Positions 29,402 through 39,632 of a DNA stretch of 59,747 bases are shown here, piece after piece. The first letter of the stretch is position 1, and every line of letters begins with the position of its first letter. Origin of the DNA: Candidatus Moraniibacteriota bacterium (lineage in GTDB: Bacteria > Patescibacteriota > Minisyncoccia > Moranbacterales > GCA-2747515); NCBI GenBank assembly GCA_002747515.1, contig PDPP01000020.1:1-59747 (forward strand), in the 5' to 3' direction. A program made the translations under genes and the position numbers. A model generated the notes under the pieces. It had not been told where the DNA came from. It was given only the letters and a program-made list of their open reading frames with translations, and did no database searches.

Positions 29402-30790
29402 ATGAAAATTACGGTTTTGGAGAAAAATGCAAAAAAAGAATGTGTTCGTGTTGTATTTAGTGAAAATATTGGAGGAAATCGATTTTGTAGTGATGGGAAA
29501 AGAGGAATTTTGGAAATGAAAGTGCCTAAAAAGGAAGAAATGACGCGTCGTCAGTGGATTGTTTTTGTGCGATCAATTATTTTGGAGGCAAAAAAACATA
29601 AGATTGATCGACTTGAAATTATTTGGAAAGATTTAGTTGCTTTTGATAAATTAGGGAACGATCTTGCAAAGATTTTTGCAGAAGCTGTGTATATGGCAGA
29701 TTATGAGTTTCGCAAATATAAGAAAAAACCAGAAGAAGGATGGCATAATATTGCAGAAGTAATCCTCTTAATTAATAAAAAAGACAAAACATTTGTGCGA
29801 CAAAATTTGCGTCGTGGCGCGACGATTGCAAAACAGGTGAATTTTTGTCGTGATTTAGCAAATACACCAGGTGCTGATATGACACCAATACATCTCGTTT
29901 CTGTTGTGCGTAAAATGATTAAAGGGACAGCATTGAAATTGCGGGTACTTGATGAAAAACAAATGCGAAGGAAGAAGATGAATGGTGTGCTTACTGTTGG
30001 TCAGGGAAGTTCTGTGCAATCACGATTTATTATTTTGGAATATGCAGGAGCAGGAGAAAATACAAAACCAACTGTTTTAGTTGGGAAGGGCGTAACATTT
30101 GATAGTGGTGGTATTGATACCAAACCACATCCGCATGGACTTGAGATGATGATGGATATGAGCGGTGCTGCGGCAGTAGTAGCGACGATTTTGGTAGCAG
30201 AAAAACTTGGGCTCAAAAAAAATATTGTTGCACTGATTCCTGCGGTAGAAAACATGCCGAGTGGTTCGAGCGTGCGTCCAGGAGATATCATTACGATGAT
30301 GGATGGGACGCATGTAGAAGTGGGACATACGGATGCAGAGGGACGACTTATTCTTGCTGATGCGTTAACATTTGCAAAAAGCTTTAATCCAAAACAAGTA
30401 ATTGATGTAGCAACTCTTACAGGTGCAGCAATGGTAGCACTTGGTGAACGTGCAAGTGCGATTTTTACAGACAATGAGGAATTAGCACAAAAAACAATTA
30501 TTTCTGCAGAAAAAACAGGGGATGATGTATGGCGATTGCCTTTGTGGGATGAATATGCTGCAGAAATTGCAGGAACGTATGGTGATATTGCAAATATTCG
30601 TACTAAAGGACAATCTGGTGCAGGTGGAGCGATTACAGCAGCAATGTTTCTCAAAAATTTTGCAAAAGACTATGTAGATAATTGGATGCATATTGATATT
30701 GCACCAACGATGACAGCGGTTTTTGATGAAAATCTTGCAAAAGGTGCAAAGGGGTCACCTGTGCGATTACTTGTTGAATTGCTTTCATAA
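29402..30790 (+). CDS. pepA: Leucyl aminopeptidase (M17)
   Basis: VGKGVTFDSGG, DMSGAA, TDAEGRLILADAL, WMHIDIA. Confidence 0.95.
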   Translation: MKITVLEKNAKKECVRVVFSENIGGNRFCSDGKRGILEMKVPKKEEMTRRQWIVFVRSIILEAKKHKIDRLEIIWKDLVAFDKLGNDLAKIFAEAVYMADYEFRKYKKKPEEGWHNIAEVILLINKKDKTFVRQNLRRGATIAKQVNFCRDLANTPGADMTPIHLVSVVRKMIKGTALKLRVLDEKQMRRKKMNGVLTVGQGSSVQSRFIILEYAGAGENTKPTVLVGKGVTFDSGGIDTKPHPHGLEMMMDMSGAAAVVATILVAEKLGLKKNIVALIPAVENMPSGSSVRPGDIITMMDGTHVEVGHTDAEGRLILADALTFAKSFNPKQVIDVATLTGAAMVALGERASAIFTDNEELAQKTIISAEKTGDDVWRLPLWDEYAAEIAGTYGDIANIRTKGQSGAGGAITAAMFLKNFAKDYVDNWMHIDIAPTMTAVFDENLAKGAKGSPVRLLVELLS

Positions 30791-30835
30791 CTTTTGAGAA
30801 GGATATTATTTTAAAAATAATATTAAAGTAATATT

Positions 30836-30856
30836 ATTCTGAATTTATTTCAGAAT
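30836..30856 (+). repeat. REP-like palindrome, copy 1
   Basis: ATTCTGAATTTATTTCAGAAT; its reverse complement occurs at 41396-41416. Confidence 0.55.
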
Positions 30857-30938
30857 CTTTTCTGTGCGTAAAATTAAAAAAATATGAATTTTTAATTTTT
30901 ATATAGTATAATTTTTCTATAAGTGTTGTGTTGAATAT

Positions 30939-32411
30939 ATGAAAAAATATTTATTAGAACTCACTGTTTTTATAAGTGGTCTAATTGTGATGATTTTTGA
31001 AATTGTTGGTTCACGTGTATTTGGGCCATATTTTGGCACATCTACATTTGTGTGGACGACTTTGATTGGAGTTGTGCTAGGCAGTTTGAGTATTGGATAT
31101 TATTTTGGAGGGAAAATTGCTGATAAAGAAGCAACATTTAAAAAAATGTCACTTATCCTTTTGATGTCAGGTTTTTGTATAGGAATAATGATCTTTATTA
31201 AAGATGGATTATTAAGTGTTTTGCAAGATCATGTAAAAAATATTAATAGTGCATTAATTGTTGGAGGTATTATATTATTTTCACCAACAAGTATTTTTCT
31301 TGGAATGGTATCGCCTTATGCAGCAAAGTTACGTATTAAAAATCTTTCTACATCTGGCGCTGATATCGGAAGGCTTTATGCATTGTCGACGTGTGGAAGT
31401 ATTGTTGGGACATTTCTTGCAGGATTTTATCTTATTCCTTTTTTTGGAACAAATACATTACTTTCTTTATTAGCAATTGTAGTTATTATTTTTTCAATTG
31501 TTCTTTTTTATGAGAGAGAAAAATTTTTATTATTATTGCTTTTTTGTGGGGTTTTTTGGTTTGTTAGTGAAAATAATATTAAGACAGTTGGAAAAAATTT
31601 TGTAGACGTAGATACGAGATATAATCGTGTATGGATTTATGATGAACAATATGAACAAAACAAAAAACAATTTGAAATTCGAAAAATGGGGATAAATAAT
31701 GAAAATCACTCAGCTATGCTTTTAATGAGTGATCAGTTGGTAAATGAATATACAAAATATTATCATCTCTCACGACATTTTCATCCACATTTTCGCAAAT
31801 CTCTTATTTTTGGTGGAGCCGGTTATTCATTTCCAAAAGATTATCTAAAGGTATATCCACATGCAACAATTGATGTGGTTGAGATAGATCCAGGCGTAAC
31901 AGAATTAGCAAAAAAATATTTCTCTCTCAAGGAGAATTCTCGTATGAATATTTATCACGAAGATGGGCGAGTTTTTCTTAATAAAAATATTGAGAAGTAT
32001 GATGTGATTTTTGGTGATGCATTTGGATCACGATATGCTGTACCATATCATATGACAACAGTCGAAGCAGTGCAGAAAATGTATGATACTTTATACGACA
32101 ATGGAGTCGTAATTGTGAATCTCATATCCTCTGTGGATGGAAAAAATGATTTTTTGCGTGCAGAATATTATACGTATAAAAAGATATTTCCACAAGTTTA
32201 TCTTTTTCGCGTGCAAAACCAAAATGAGAGGCATTTGCAAAATATTATGTTAGTTGCACTTAAATCTCAAAAAATACCACAATTTACTAGTGAAGATAAA
32301 AAAATTGATGAATTTTTAAAAAATAGATGGTCAGAAGAACTAATCGAAGATGTACCAATCTTAACAGATGATTATGCGCCGGTGGAATATTATATGCGTA
32401 AAGTATTGTAA
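30939..32411 (+). CDS. Fused MFS-like/spermidine synthase-like SAM-dependent transferase
   Basis: EIVGSRVFGPYFGTSTFVW, GRLYALSTCGSIVGTF, VEIDP, DGRVFL, LTDDYAPVE. Confidence 0.88.
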   Translation: MKKYLLELTVFISGLIVMIFEIVGSRVFGPYFGTSTFVWTTLIGVVLGSLSIGYYFGGKIADKEATFKKMSLILLMSGFCIGIMIFIKDGLLSVLQDHVKNINSALIVGGIILFSPTSIFLGMVSPYAAKLRIKNLSTSGADIGRLYALSTCGSIVGTFLAGFYLIPFFGTNTLLSLLAIVVIIFSIVLFYEREKFLLLLLFCGVFWFVSENNIKTVGKNFVDVDTRYNRVWIYDEQYEQNKKQFEIRKMGINNENHSAMLLMSDQLVNEYTKYYHLSRHFHPHFRKSLIFGGAGYSFPKDYLKVYPHATIDVVEIDPGVTELAKKYFSLKENSRMNIYHEDGRVFLNKNIEKYDVIFGDAFGSRYAVPYHMTTVEAVQKMYDTLYDNGVVIVNLISSVDGKNDFLRAEYYTYKKIFPQVYLFRVQNQNERHLQNIMLVALKSQKIPQFTSEDKKIDEFLKNRWSEELIEDVPILTDDYAPVEYYMRKVL

Positions 32412-32460
32412 GATAATACACTTGAAAAAAGGTGTTTTTTTGCGTATACTTGTATAACGT

Positions 32461-35325
32461 ATGAAAAACACAACAAACGAAATTATTATTAAAGGTGCAA
32501 GGGAAAATAATCTTCAAAATATCAATCTCACGATTCCGCGGGATAAATTTGTGGTTTTTACCGGACTTTCTGGCAGTGGAAAATCAACGCTTGCGTTTGA
32601 TACGATTTTTGCAGAGGGACAAAGAAGATATCTTGAGAGTCTCTCGAGTTATGCACGGCAATTTCTTGGCCAGATGGATAAGCCTGATGTAGATACAATT
32701 GAAGGATTATCTCCTGCAATATCAATTGACCAAAAGACAACATCACATAATCCACGCTCTACTGTAGGTACTGTGACAGAAGTGCATGATTATTTGCGAC
32801 TACTCTGGTCAAAAATTGGTGTACCACATTGTCCAAAGTGTGATAAACCGATTACAGTGCTTTCTACTGATGAGATTGTTTCGCAAATTATTGAAGATGC
32901 AGATGGAAAAGAAATTGAAATTTGTGCACCTGTTGTGCGGGCGAGAAAAGGAACATACTTAAAACTTTTTTCTGATATGTGGGATAGGGGTTTTATGGAT
33001 GCATATATTGATGGTGAAGTGCATAATTTGGATGTAGCTGCAGAGCTTACGCTAGATCGACATAAAAAACATGATATTGATATTGTGGTGGATAGTCTGA
33101 AAGTAGATGAAGAAAACATTTCTCGATTATTTGAAGCTGTAGAAATTTCTCTGAAAATTGCAGAAGGTTTGGTAAAAGTCCGAAAACCATATACGAAGAA
33201 AAAAGATGATATTCGTGTTTTTAATCAAAAATTTGCATGCCCAGATCATCCAAAGATTACTTTTCCAGATTTAGAGCCGCGACTGTTTAGTTTTAACTCG
33301 CCCTATGGCGCATGTGATGCGTGTGAGGGATTAGGCACAAAAAAAGAAATTGACTGGACATTGGCGATTCCAGATATAAACAAAACAATCGCATCCGGTG
33401 GTGTGTTGCCGTGGAGTAATAAAAAGAAAAATTCATATTATGGCGGGATTTTTCACGCAGTATTACAGCACTATCATATTCCAGACAACAAACGTTTACG
33501 TGATTTAACAGAAACACAGTTTGATATTTTGGTGCATGGTGAGGAATGTCCAGATGATATCCCTGTGAGTATGCGTAGTGCAAAAGGAAGTACATGGAAA
33601 TTTACAATTGCGTGGAAAGGGATTGTGGGATTTTTGGAAGATCGGTACAAAAAAACAGAATCAGAAAGTGTGCGTAAAGACATAGAGCAATATATGTCTC
33701 GCAAACCATGTAGTGCATGTAGTGGTAGTCGGTATACAAAAGAGGTTTTATGGATTTATGTTGGTGAAAAAAACATTGATGATGTGGCACAGATGACAAT
33801 TACAGAGGCAGTAGAATTTTTTGAAAAATTAGAACTCAATGCACAACAAAAGATTATTGGTGAGCGTATTATCAAAGAAGTCATTTCACGATTGCGCTTT
33901 TTGGATAAAGTTGGTCTCGGATATCTTACGATGTCACGCAGTGCGCATACGCTCAGCGGTGGTGAAGCACAGCGTATTCGGCTAGCAAGTCAGATTGGTT
34001 CACAGTTGGTGGGTGTGTTATACATCCTTGATGAGCCGTCAATTGGACTCCATGCACGTGACAATACAAAGCTCCTTGAAACATTGTTGTATTTGCGTGA
34101 TCTTGGCAATACTGTTGTTGTGATTGAACATGATGAAGAGACGATGCGTGCGTCTGATTTTTTGGTGGATATTGGTCCTGGTGCGGGAAAACATGGTGGA
34201 CGTATTGTCACGGCAGATCATCCAGATGCAGTTTTGAAAAATAAAAAATCACTTACCGCACAGTACCTTACAGGAAAAAAATCCATCCCTGTACCACGAG
34301 AACGACGGAATGTGAAAAACAAGAAAATACTTACCGTGCGTGGTGCGCGAGAAAATAATTTGCGTGGTATCACAGTAGAATTTCCGCTTGGAATGTTTAC
34401 TGTTGTGACTGGTGTGTCAGGCAGCGGCAAGTCAACACTTGTAGAAGAAATACTTTACAAAGCAACAGCAAATAAATTAATGCGATCCGTGACGCGTCCA
34501 GGAAAACATCAAGAGATTGTGGGACTGGAACATCTTGATAAAGTTATCATGATTGATCAAAGCCCAATCGGACGTACTCCACGTTCCAATCCAGCAACGT
34601 ATACAGGAGTATTTACACCAATCCGTGAATTATTTGCGCAGACCAAAGCAGCGAAAGCGCGCGGATATAAACCAGGTCGTTTTAGTTTTAATGTGCGTGG
34701 TGGACGTTGTGATAATTGTAATGGAGACGGTGCGCTCAAAATTGAAATGCAATTTATGGCAGATGTGTACTTGCCGTGTGATGTGTGTAAGGGTAAACGA
34801 TACAACAGTGAGACATTGCAGGTGACGTATCGTGGTAAATCAATTGCCGATGTGTTAGCAATGACTGTTGATGAGGCAGTAGAATTTTTTGATGCATATC
34901 CGGCAATTTATACTATCGTCAAGACACTGCAAGATGTGGGATTAGGCTATATTCATCTCGGACAAAGTGCAACCACGCTCAGCGGTGGTGAAGCACAGCG
35001 CGTCAAACTTGCATCAGAACTTGCGCGGCGTGGCACAGGGAAAACGCTCTACATCCTCGACGAACCGACGACAGGACTGCACTTTGACGACGTAGCAAAA
35101 CTCCTCAATGTCCTGACACGACTGGTGGACAAGGGCAACACTGTCGTCGTCATCGAGCATAACATGGATGTCATCAAAACAGCCGACTGGATCATCGACA
35201 TGGGTCCCGAAGGTGGCAGCGGTGGCGGAAAAGTTGTCATCGCCGGCGCACCAGAAGAAGTCATCAAATACCACAAAGAATCCCACACCGCCCACTACCT
35301 CCGCAAAATCCTCCGCAAAAAATAA
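32461..35325 (+). CDS. uvrA: Excinuclease ABC subunit A
   Basis: Two ABC ATPase modules ([24 protein letters not shown] twice) and zinc fingers. Confidence 0.98.
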   Translation: MKNTTNEIIIKGARENNLQNINLTIPRDKFVVFTGLSGSGKSTLAFDTIFAEGQRRYLESLSSYARQFLGQMDKPDVDTIEGLSPAISIDQKTTSHNPRSTVGTVTEVHDYLRLLWSKIGVPHCPKCDKPITVLSTDEIVSQIIEDADGKEIEICAPVVRARKGTYLKLFSDMWDRGFMDAYIDGEVHNLDVAAELTLDRHKKHDIDIVVDSLKVDEENISRLFEAVEISLKIAEGLVKVRKPYTKKKDDIRVFNQKFACPDHPKITFPDLEPRLFSFNSPYGACDACEGLGTKKEIDWTLAIPDINKTIASGGVLPWSNKKKNSYYGGIFHAVLQHYHIPDNKRLRDLTETQFDILVHGEECPDDIPVSMRSAKGSTWKFTIAWKGIVGFLEDRYKKTESESVRKDIEQYMSRKPCSACSGSRYTKEVLWIYVGEKNIDDVAQMTITEAVEFFEKLELNAQQKIIGERIIKEVISRLRFLDKVGLGYLTMSRSAHTLSGGEAQRIRLASQIGSQLVGVLYILDEPSIGLHARDNTKLLETLLYLRDLGNTVVVIEHDEETMRASDFLVDIGPGAGKHGGRIVTADHPDAVLKNKKSLTAQYLTGKKSIPVPRERRNVKNKKILTVRGARENNLRGITVEFPLGMFTVVTGVSGSGKSTLVEEILYKATANKLMRSVTRPGKHQEIVGLEHLDKVIMIDQSPIGRTPRSNPATYTGVFTPIRELFAQTKAAKARGYKPGRFSFNVRGGRCDNCNGDGALKIEMQFMADVYLPCDVCKGKRYNSETLQVTYRGKSIADVLAMTVDEAVEFFDAYPAIYTIVKTLQDVGLGYIHLGQSATTLSGGEAQRVKLASELARRGTGKTLYILDEPTTGLHFDDVAKLLNVLTRLVDKGNTVVVIEHNMDVIKTADWIIDMGPEGGSGGGKVVIAGAPEEVIKYHKESHTAHYLRKILRKK

Positions 35326-35606
35326 CCACGTCAATACTCTAGAGTATTGATGTGTATTTTATTACACACACTTTTCAAAAGTGCTCACTACTATACTACG
35401 TAGTATGATAGTGTTTTTTTGTAGGGAGAACGTAATGTGGAATGAATTGCTCGTAAAAGTGTCAGTCATGTATTTTTGTTTTGCAGCGCTTTTTAATTGT
35501 GCGATTATTGACAGATGATTTTTTGATGTGATACATTGTAAGACTTCAATAGAGTAGGTTTATTGAGGATTTTTGGTTTAAAAATTACATACAAAAGGAG
35601 GGCATT

Positions 35607-36116
35607 GTGGAACAATTTACAGTAAATGATTTTGGTCATTATAGGGTCACGGTAACAGGAAACGGTTTATCGGGCATGCAACAGCTTTATGCTGTTGGCA
35701 TGGAAAAAACACAAATCATTGCAAGGCAGGTTTTGTGTAACCCTGATTACAATCAACAGGTTTTACCAAAGGGAGAGGGAAGCACCTTGGTGATTATTCC
35801 GACAAGGGATTTTCCCGGTTGTACACAGGAGGCGATCGATGAAATTGTTAGAGATCAATGGGGTTATAAAAAACCCATCGCCGGCGCAATTCTGTCATTA
35901 TGTGAAAGCGGGGAAACATCTGCTCTAATGAAAAAGATGAGCGTTCAATATATTGCCGGCGCAAGCATTCCAATCGCAGATAGTGCCAGTTTGTCGAATG
36001 TGCTGGGATTAAGTTTTCCAAGTGAAACAAGTGAAACTGTTTTGCTGGATGCTTTCTATACTACGCCCCATCGGAAGTGGGATAATAAGGGAGCACTGGT
36101 TTATGCTATCCCGTGA
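35607..36116 (+). CDS. Hypothetical protein (CPR-type, possibly CLec-like C-terminus)
   Basis: GTG start with AAGGAGGG RBS, TTGACA upstream, terminator CCGCATG...CATGCGG at about 36139-36176. Confidence 0.65.
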   Translation: MEQFTVNDFGHYRVTVTGNGLSGMQQLYAVGMEKTQIIARQVLCNPDYNQQVLPKGEGSTLVIIPTRDFPGCTQEAIDEIVRDQWGYKKPIAGAILSLCESGETSALMKKMSVQYIAGASIPIADSASLSNVLGLSFPSETSETVLLDAFYTTPHRKWDNKGALVYAIP

Positions 36117-36356
36117 AGGTACTATTCCTTTAAAATGTCCGCATGTGTTTCAAAAGAAGCGCATGCGGTTTTCTTTACTGTGGTTTATTGTCTGATGTAT
36201 TCAAAGGTGCCATGATATAATCAAAAGCAGGACAATTTTATGAATATTGTGGTTTGGTTTTTTGCGTCTCACTAAAAAAATGCAATAATGAGGATTAAGG
36301 ATGAACGCTTGCTAATTGGTTAAGTTTTCATTATTTGTTTTATAAAAACAGCAACT

Positions 36357-37196
36357 ATGAACACAAAAAAGAACTCTATCGTGCTTTTTGATAAAAAACA
36401 CGTGCGACGTCACTGGGATGAAGAAAATGAAGTGTGGTATTTTTCGATTATCGACATTGTTGAGATTTTAACGGATTCAAGTGTGCCGAAAAGGTATTGG
36501 AGTGACTTAAAGGGTAAGCTGAAAAAGGAGGGAAGTGAGGTGTACGAAAAAATCGTACAACTGAAATTTGTTGCTTCTGATGGAAAAAAATATGCTACTG
36601 ATTGTTTTTCGACAGAAGATCTTTTGCGCGTTATTCAATCAATTCCATCACCAAAGGCGGAGCCTGTGAAGGTGTGGCTTGCCAAAGTTGGGCATGAGCG
36701 CATGGAGGAAATGGAGGACCCGGAGCGCGCTTTTGATAGGGCAATGAGAATGTATTTACAAAAAGGCTATTCCAAAGAATGGATCAATCAGCGACTCAAA
36801 AGTATTGAGGTGCGCAAAGAATTGACCGATGAATGGAAAGAGTGTGGCGTGCAAGAGGGTATGGAATTTGCCATTTTGACCGATGAAATTACCAAAGCGT
36901 GGTCTGGCGAATCCGTGAAATCTTATAAAAAACTGAAAGGTCTGAAAAAAGAAAATCTGCGTGACAATATGACTAATCTCGAGTTAGTGCTTAATATGCT
37001 AGTGGAAGCAACTACTACTGAAATTTCCAAAAAGAAAAAGCCCACAAATTTTCGTCAGAGCAAAGATATTGCCAAACAAGGTGGCGAAACAGCGGGAAAA
37101 GCGCGTAAGGACATTGAGCAAAAAACCGGTGCTCGTGTAGTTCCTTCTAAAAATGCAAAGCAATTGCGCACAAAAAAAGTGAAAAGAATCAAATAA
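36357..37196 (+). CDS. Bro-N domain (antirepressor-like) protein
   Basis: VRRHWD..WYFSIIDIV, YWSDLK, DGKKY.TD, IQSIPSPKAEP, NLRDNMT. Confidence 0.85.
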   Translation: MNTKKNSIVLFDKKHVRRHWDEENEVWYFSIIDIVEILTDSSVPKRYWSDLKGKLKKEGSEVYEKIVQLKFVASDGKKYATDCFSTEDLLRVIQSIPSPKAEPVKVWLAKVGHERMEEMEDPERAFDRAMRMYLQKGYSKEWINQRLKSIEVRKELTDEWKECGVQEGMEFAILTDEITKAWSGESVKSYKKLKGLKKENLRDNMTNLELVLNMLVEATTTEISKKKKPTNFRQSKDIAKQGGETAGKARKDIEQKTGARVVPSKNAKQLRTKKVKRIK

Positions 37197-37205
37197 ATAA
37201 AGTTT

Positions 37206-37865
37206 ATGCAGAAGTATCGAAAAATTAAAAAACTGTTTGAAGCCAATAAAAATCCGGAAAAGGCGGCACAGGAGGCGCAGTATATGCGCAATCAGTTTCG
37301 GTTTTATGGCATGCAGACGCCGGTGCGCAGAAAACTATACAAAGATTTTCTCAAAGCGGAAAAAGAAAATGGAAAAATTGATTGGACATTTTTGAATCAG
37401 TGCTACAAAGATGATTACCGCGAGTTTCAGTATCTGGTGACGGATTATTTGATTGCGATGAAAAAATATCTGACTTACGAAGACATTCCCAAGATTTTAA
37501 AATTTATTAAAATCAAGCAATGGTGGGATACGATTGATCGCTTTGATCGGATTGTGGGTGGTATCGGACTGACCGATAAAAGAGTGGACACATTGATGCT
37601 CAAGTGGTCACAAGACAATGATTTCTGGGTGCGACGTGTAGCGATTGATCATCAATTAAACAGAAAAGAAAAAACCAATACCACACTTCTGGAAAAAATC
37701 ATTGTCAATAATTTCGGTTCAGACGAGTTTTTTATCAACAAAGCCATCGGGTGGAGTTTGCGTGAGTATTCTAAAACCGACCCTGCATGGGTGAAAAACT
37801 TTATCACAAAAAACAAAAACAGGATGGACAAACTAAGTATTAGAGAAGCAAGTAAATACATATAA
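37206..37865 (+). CDS. AlkD-like DNA alkylation repair protein
   Basis: YMRNQFRFYG, REFQY, WWDTID, EFFINKAIGWSLREYSKT, SIREASKY. Confidence 0.9.
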   Translation: MQKYRKIKKLFEANKNPEKAAQEAQYMRNQFRFYGMQTPVRRKLYKDFLKAEKENGKIDWTFLNQCYKDDYREFQYLVTDYLIAMKKYLTYEDIPKILKFIKIKQWWDTIDRFDRIVGGIGLTDKRVDTLMLKWSQDNDFWVRRVAIDHQLNRKEKTNTTLLEKIIVNNFGSDEFFINKAIGWSLREYSKTDPAWVKNFITKNKNRMDKLSIREASKYI

Positions 37866-38032
37866 TGCACAAAATACTTTATGAATATGAAAAGATTTTA
37901 AGAATCATAATATTGAAAAAAACGGTTGTAAAAAAAGAACTTAACCAGCTCTTTTTTGTTTTTTTCCTGTGGTGCATTGCATAAAGTGTGGCATTTTGGT
38001 ACGCTGAGTACACTTTGTATGATTTTGTCGTG

Positions 38033-39274
38033 ATGAAAAAGGATATAGAACAAAAAACTGCAGATTTTCCGCGGACACCAGGTGTGTATGTGTTTCGTGG
38101 TGCGCGCAAAACGGTGTTATATGTGGGTAAAGCGACGAGTTTGCGCGATCGTGTGCGGCAGTATTTTAGTGGGCATGATACGCGTGGTGCGCGGATTGTG
38201 CAGTTGGTGGCGAGTGCTACAGATGTGGATGTGATTGAGACGGATACGGTTGTGGAAGCACTGCTTTTGGAAGCGGAACTGATCAAAAAATATCAACCGC
38301 CATACAATATTGACGGTAAAGATGACAAGAGTTTTTCGTATTTTGTGATGACAAAAGAACAATTTCCACGCGTGATCATGTTGCGTCAGACGGATTTGCA
38401 CAAGGGGAAATATCAGGATTTGATGTATACGCGTGGCAAAGTTTTTGGTCCGTACACGTCGCGTGAGCAGATGAAAATCGCACTCAAAATCATTCGCAAA
38501 ATTTTTCCATTTCATGACCGTAGTGAAAAAAGTGAAAAAGGATGTCTACACTACCAAATCGGTTTGTGTCCCGGTCCGTATGACGGTGCGATTAGTGAAA
38601 AGGCATACAAAAAAAACATGCGCAACATCTCACTTTTTCTCTCTGGGCGCAAGAAAATGCTTCTGAAAAAGTTGGAAAAAGAAATGCGCATGCATGCGCG
38701 CAAAGAAGAGTTTGAAGAAGCAGAAAAAGTGAAAAGGCAAATATTTGCTCTGACACACATCAATGATATTGCACTTATGAAAAAAGAAAATGCGTTTGTG
38801 CGCATTAATAATATAGGCGTGCGTGTAGAAGCGTATGACATCTCGCATATTGGTGGGGAGTGCATGGTGGCATCGATGGTAGTTTTTGTAGATGGTGTAC
38901 CAGATAAAAGTCAGTATCGGAAATTTAAAGTGCAATCTGTAGATGGCATCAATGATGTGGGGGCGATGCGAGAAGTGCTTGCAAGACGGATGAATCATCT
39001 CGATGATTGGGGGATGCCACAGTTAATTGTATTGGATGGTGGAAAAGGACATATTAATATGGCAGATGATTTGTGGCAAAAACTTGATATCAAAATTCCA
39101 GTTATTGCAGTGGCAAAAGGACCAACACGTAAAAAAGTAGATATTTATAAAAGCGCATTTTTTCCAGTAAATCATGCACTTATTATGGACAAGGAATTAC
39201 TTGAAAGCATTCGTGAAGAAGCACATCGCTTTGCGATTACATACCATAAGAAATTACGAGATAAAAAAATATAA
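38033..39274 (+). CDS. uvrC: Excinuclease ABC subunit C (short form without C-terminal HhH)
   Basis: PGVYVF..YVGKATSLRDRV GIY-YIG, UVR motif, EAYDISH, LDGGKGH, IREEAHRFAITYH. Confidence 0.92.
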   Translation: MKKDIEQKTADFPRTPGVYVFRGARKTVLYVGKATSLRDRVRQYFSGHDTRGARIVQLVASATDVDVIETDTVVEALLLEAELIKKYQPPYNIDGKDDKSFSYFVMTKEQFPRVIMLRQTDLHKGKYQDLMYTRGKVFGPYTSREQMKIALKIIRKIFPFHDRSEKSEKGCLHYQIGLCPGPYDGAISEKAYKKNMRNISLFLSGRKKMLLKKLEKEMRMHARKEEFEEAEKVKRQIFALTHINDIALMKKENAFVRINNIGVRVEAYDISHIGGECMVASMVVFVDGVPDKSQYRKFKVQSVDGINDVGAMREVLARRMNHLDDWGMPQLIVLDGGKGHINMADDLWQKLDIKIPVIAVAKGPTRKKVDIYKSAFFPVNHALIMDKELLESIREEAHRFAITYHKKLRDKKI

Positions 39275-39304
39275 AGACCATAGTATTTTTACTACAGCCT
39301 TCTT

Positions 39305-39457
39305 TTACTGTTTTCTATTTAGAATAGATTTTTTAGGTTTTTGCAGTAATAGCACATAATTATAATAGCGATTTGCATCATTTATATGTGTTTTTATTAC
39401 GCTAGGATTTCCAATAATCTGAGGGTTTTTATTATGTCTGAAAAATCTTTTTGCCAT
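39305..39457 (-). CDS. Candidate 50-aa basic small protein (below the ORF-track cutoff)
   Basis: AGGAG then ATG; MAKRFFRHNKNPQIIGNPSVIKTHINDANRYYNYVLLLQKPKKSILNRKQ. Confidence 0.4.
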   Translation of the reverse strand: MAKRFFRHNKNPQIIGNPSVIKTHINDANRYYNYVLLLQKPKKSILNRKQ

Positions 39458-39632
39458 GATATTCTCCTATAAAAGATTTTTAATAATTTACTATATTTAA
39501 TTATATTCCATCACATTATTGCATGCTAAATATATCATAAAACATGTTGTTTATCTATTATTATAATGAAATGAAGGTATTTTAAATAAAAATATAGTGT
39601 ATAATAAAATATATAATCCTTTTCTTTTTTAT

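Noticed and set aside
30001-30654. Long antisense or alternate-frame ORFs such as 30001-30654, 12785-13519 and 52925-53473
   Set aside because: Shadows of pepA, ruvA/rsmI and infB; no motifs or RBS.
32400-32460. SOS/LexA box upstream of uvrA
   Set aside because: No convincing CTGT-N8-ACAG or GAAC-N4-GTTC palindrome.
33949-35000. Identical 26-bp sequence twice in uvrA (33949-33974 and 34975-35000)
   Set aside because: Encodes the duplicated ABC signature TLSGGEAQR; protein constraint is sufficient, although gene conversion cannot be excluded.
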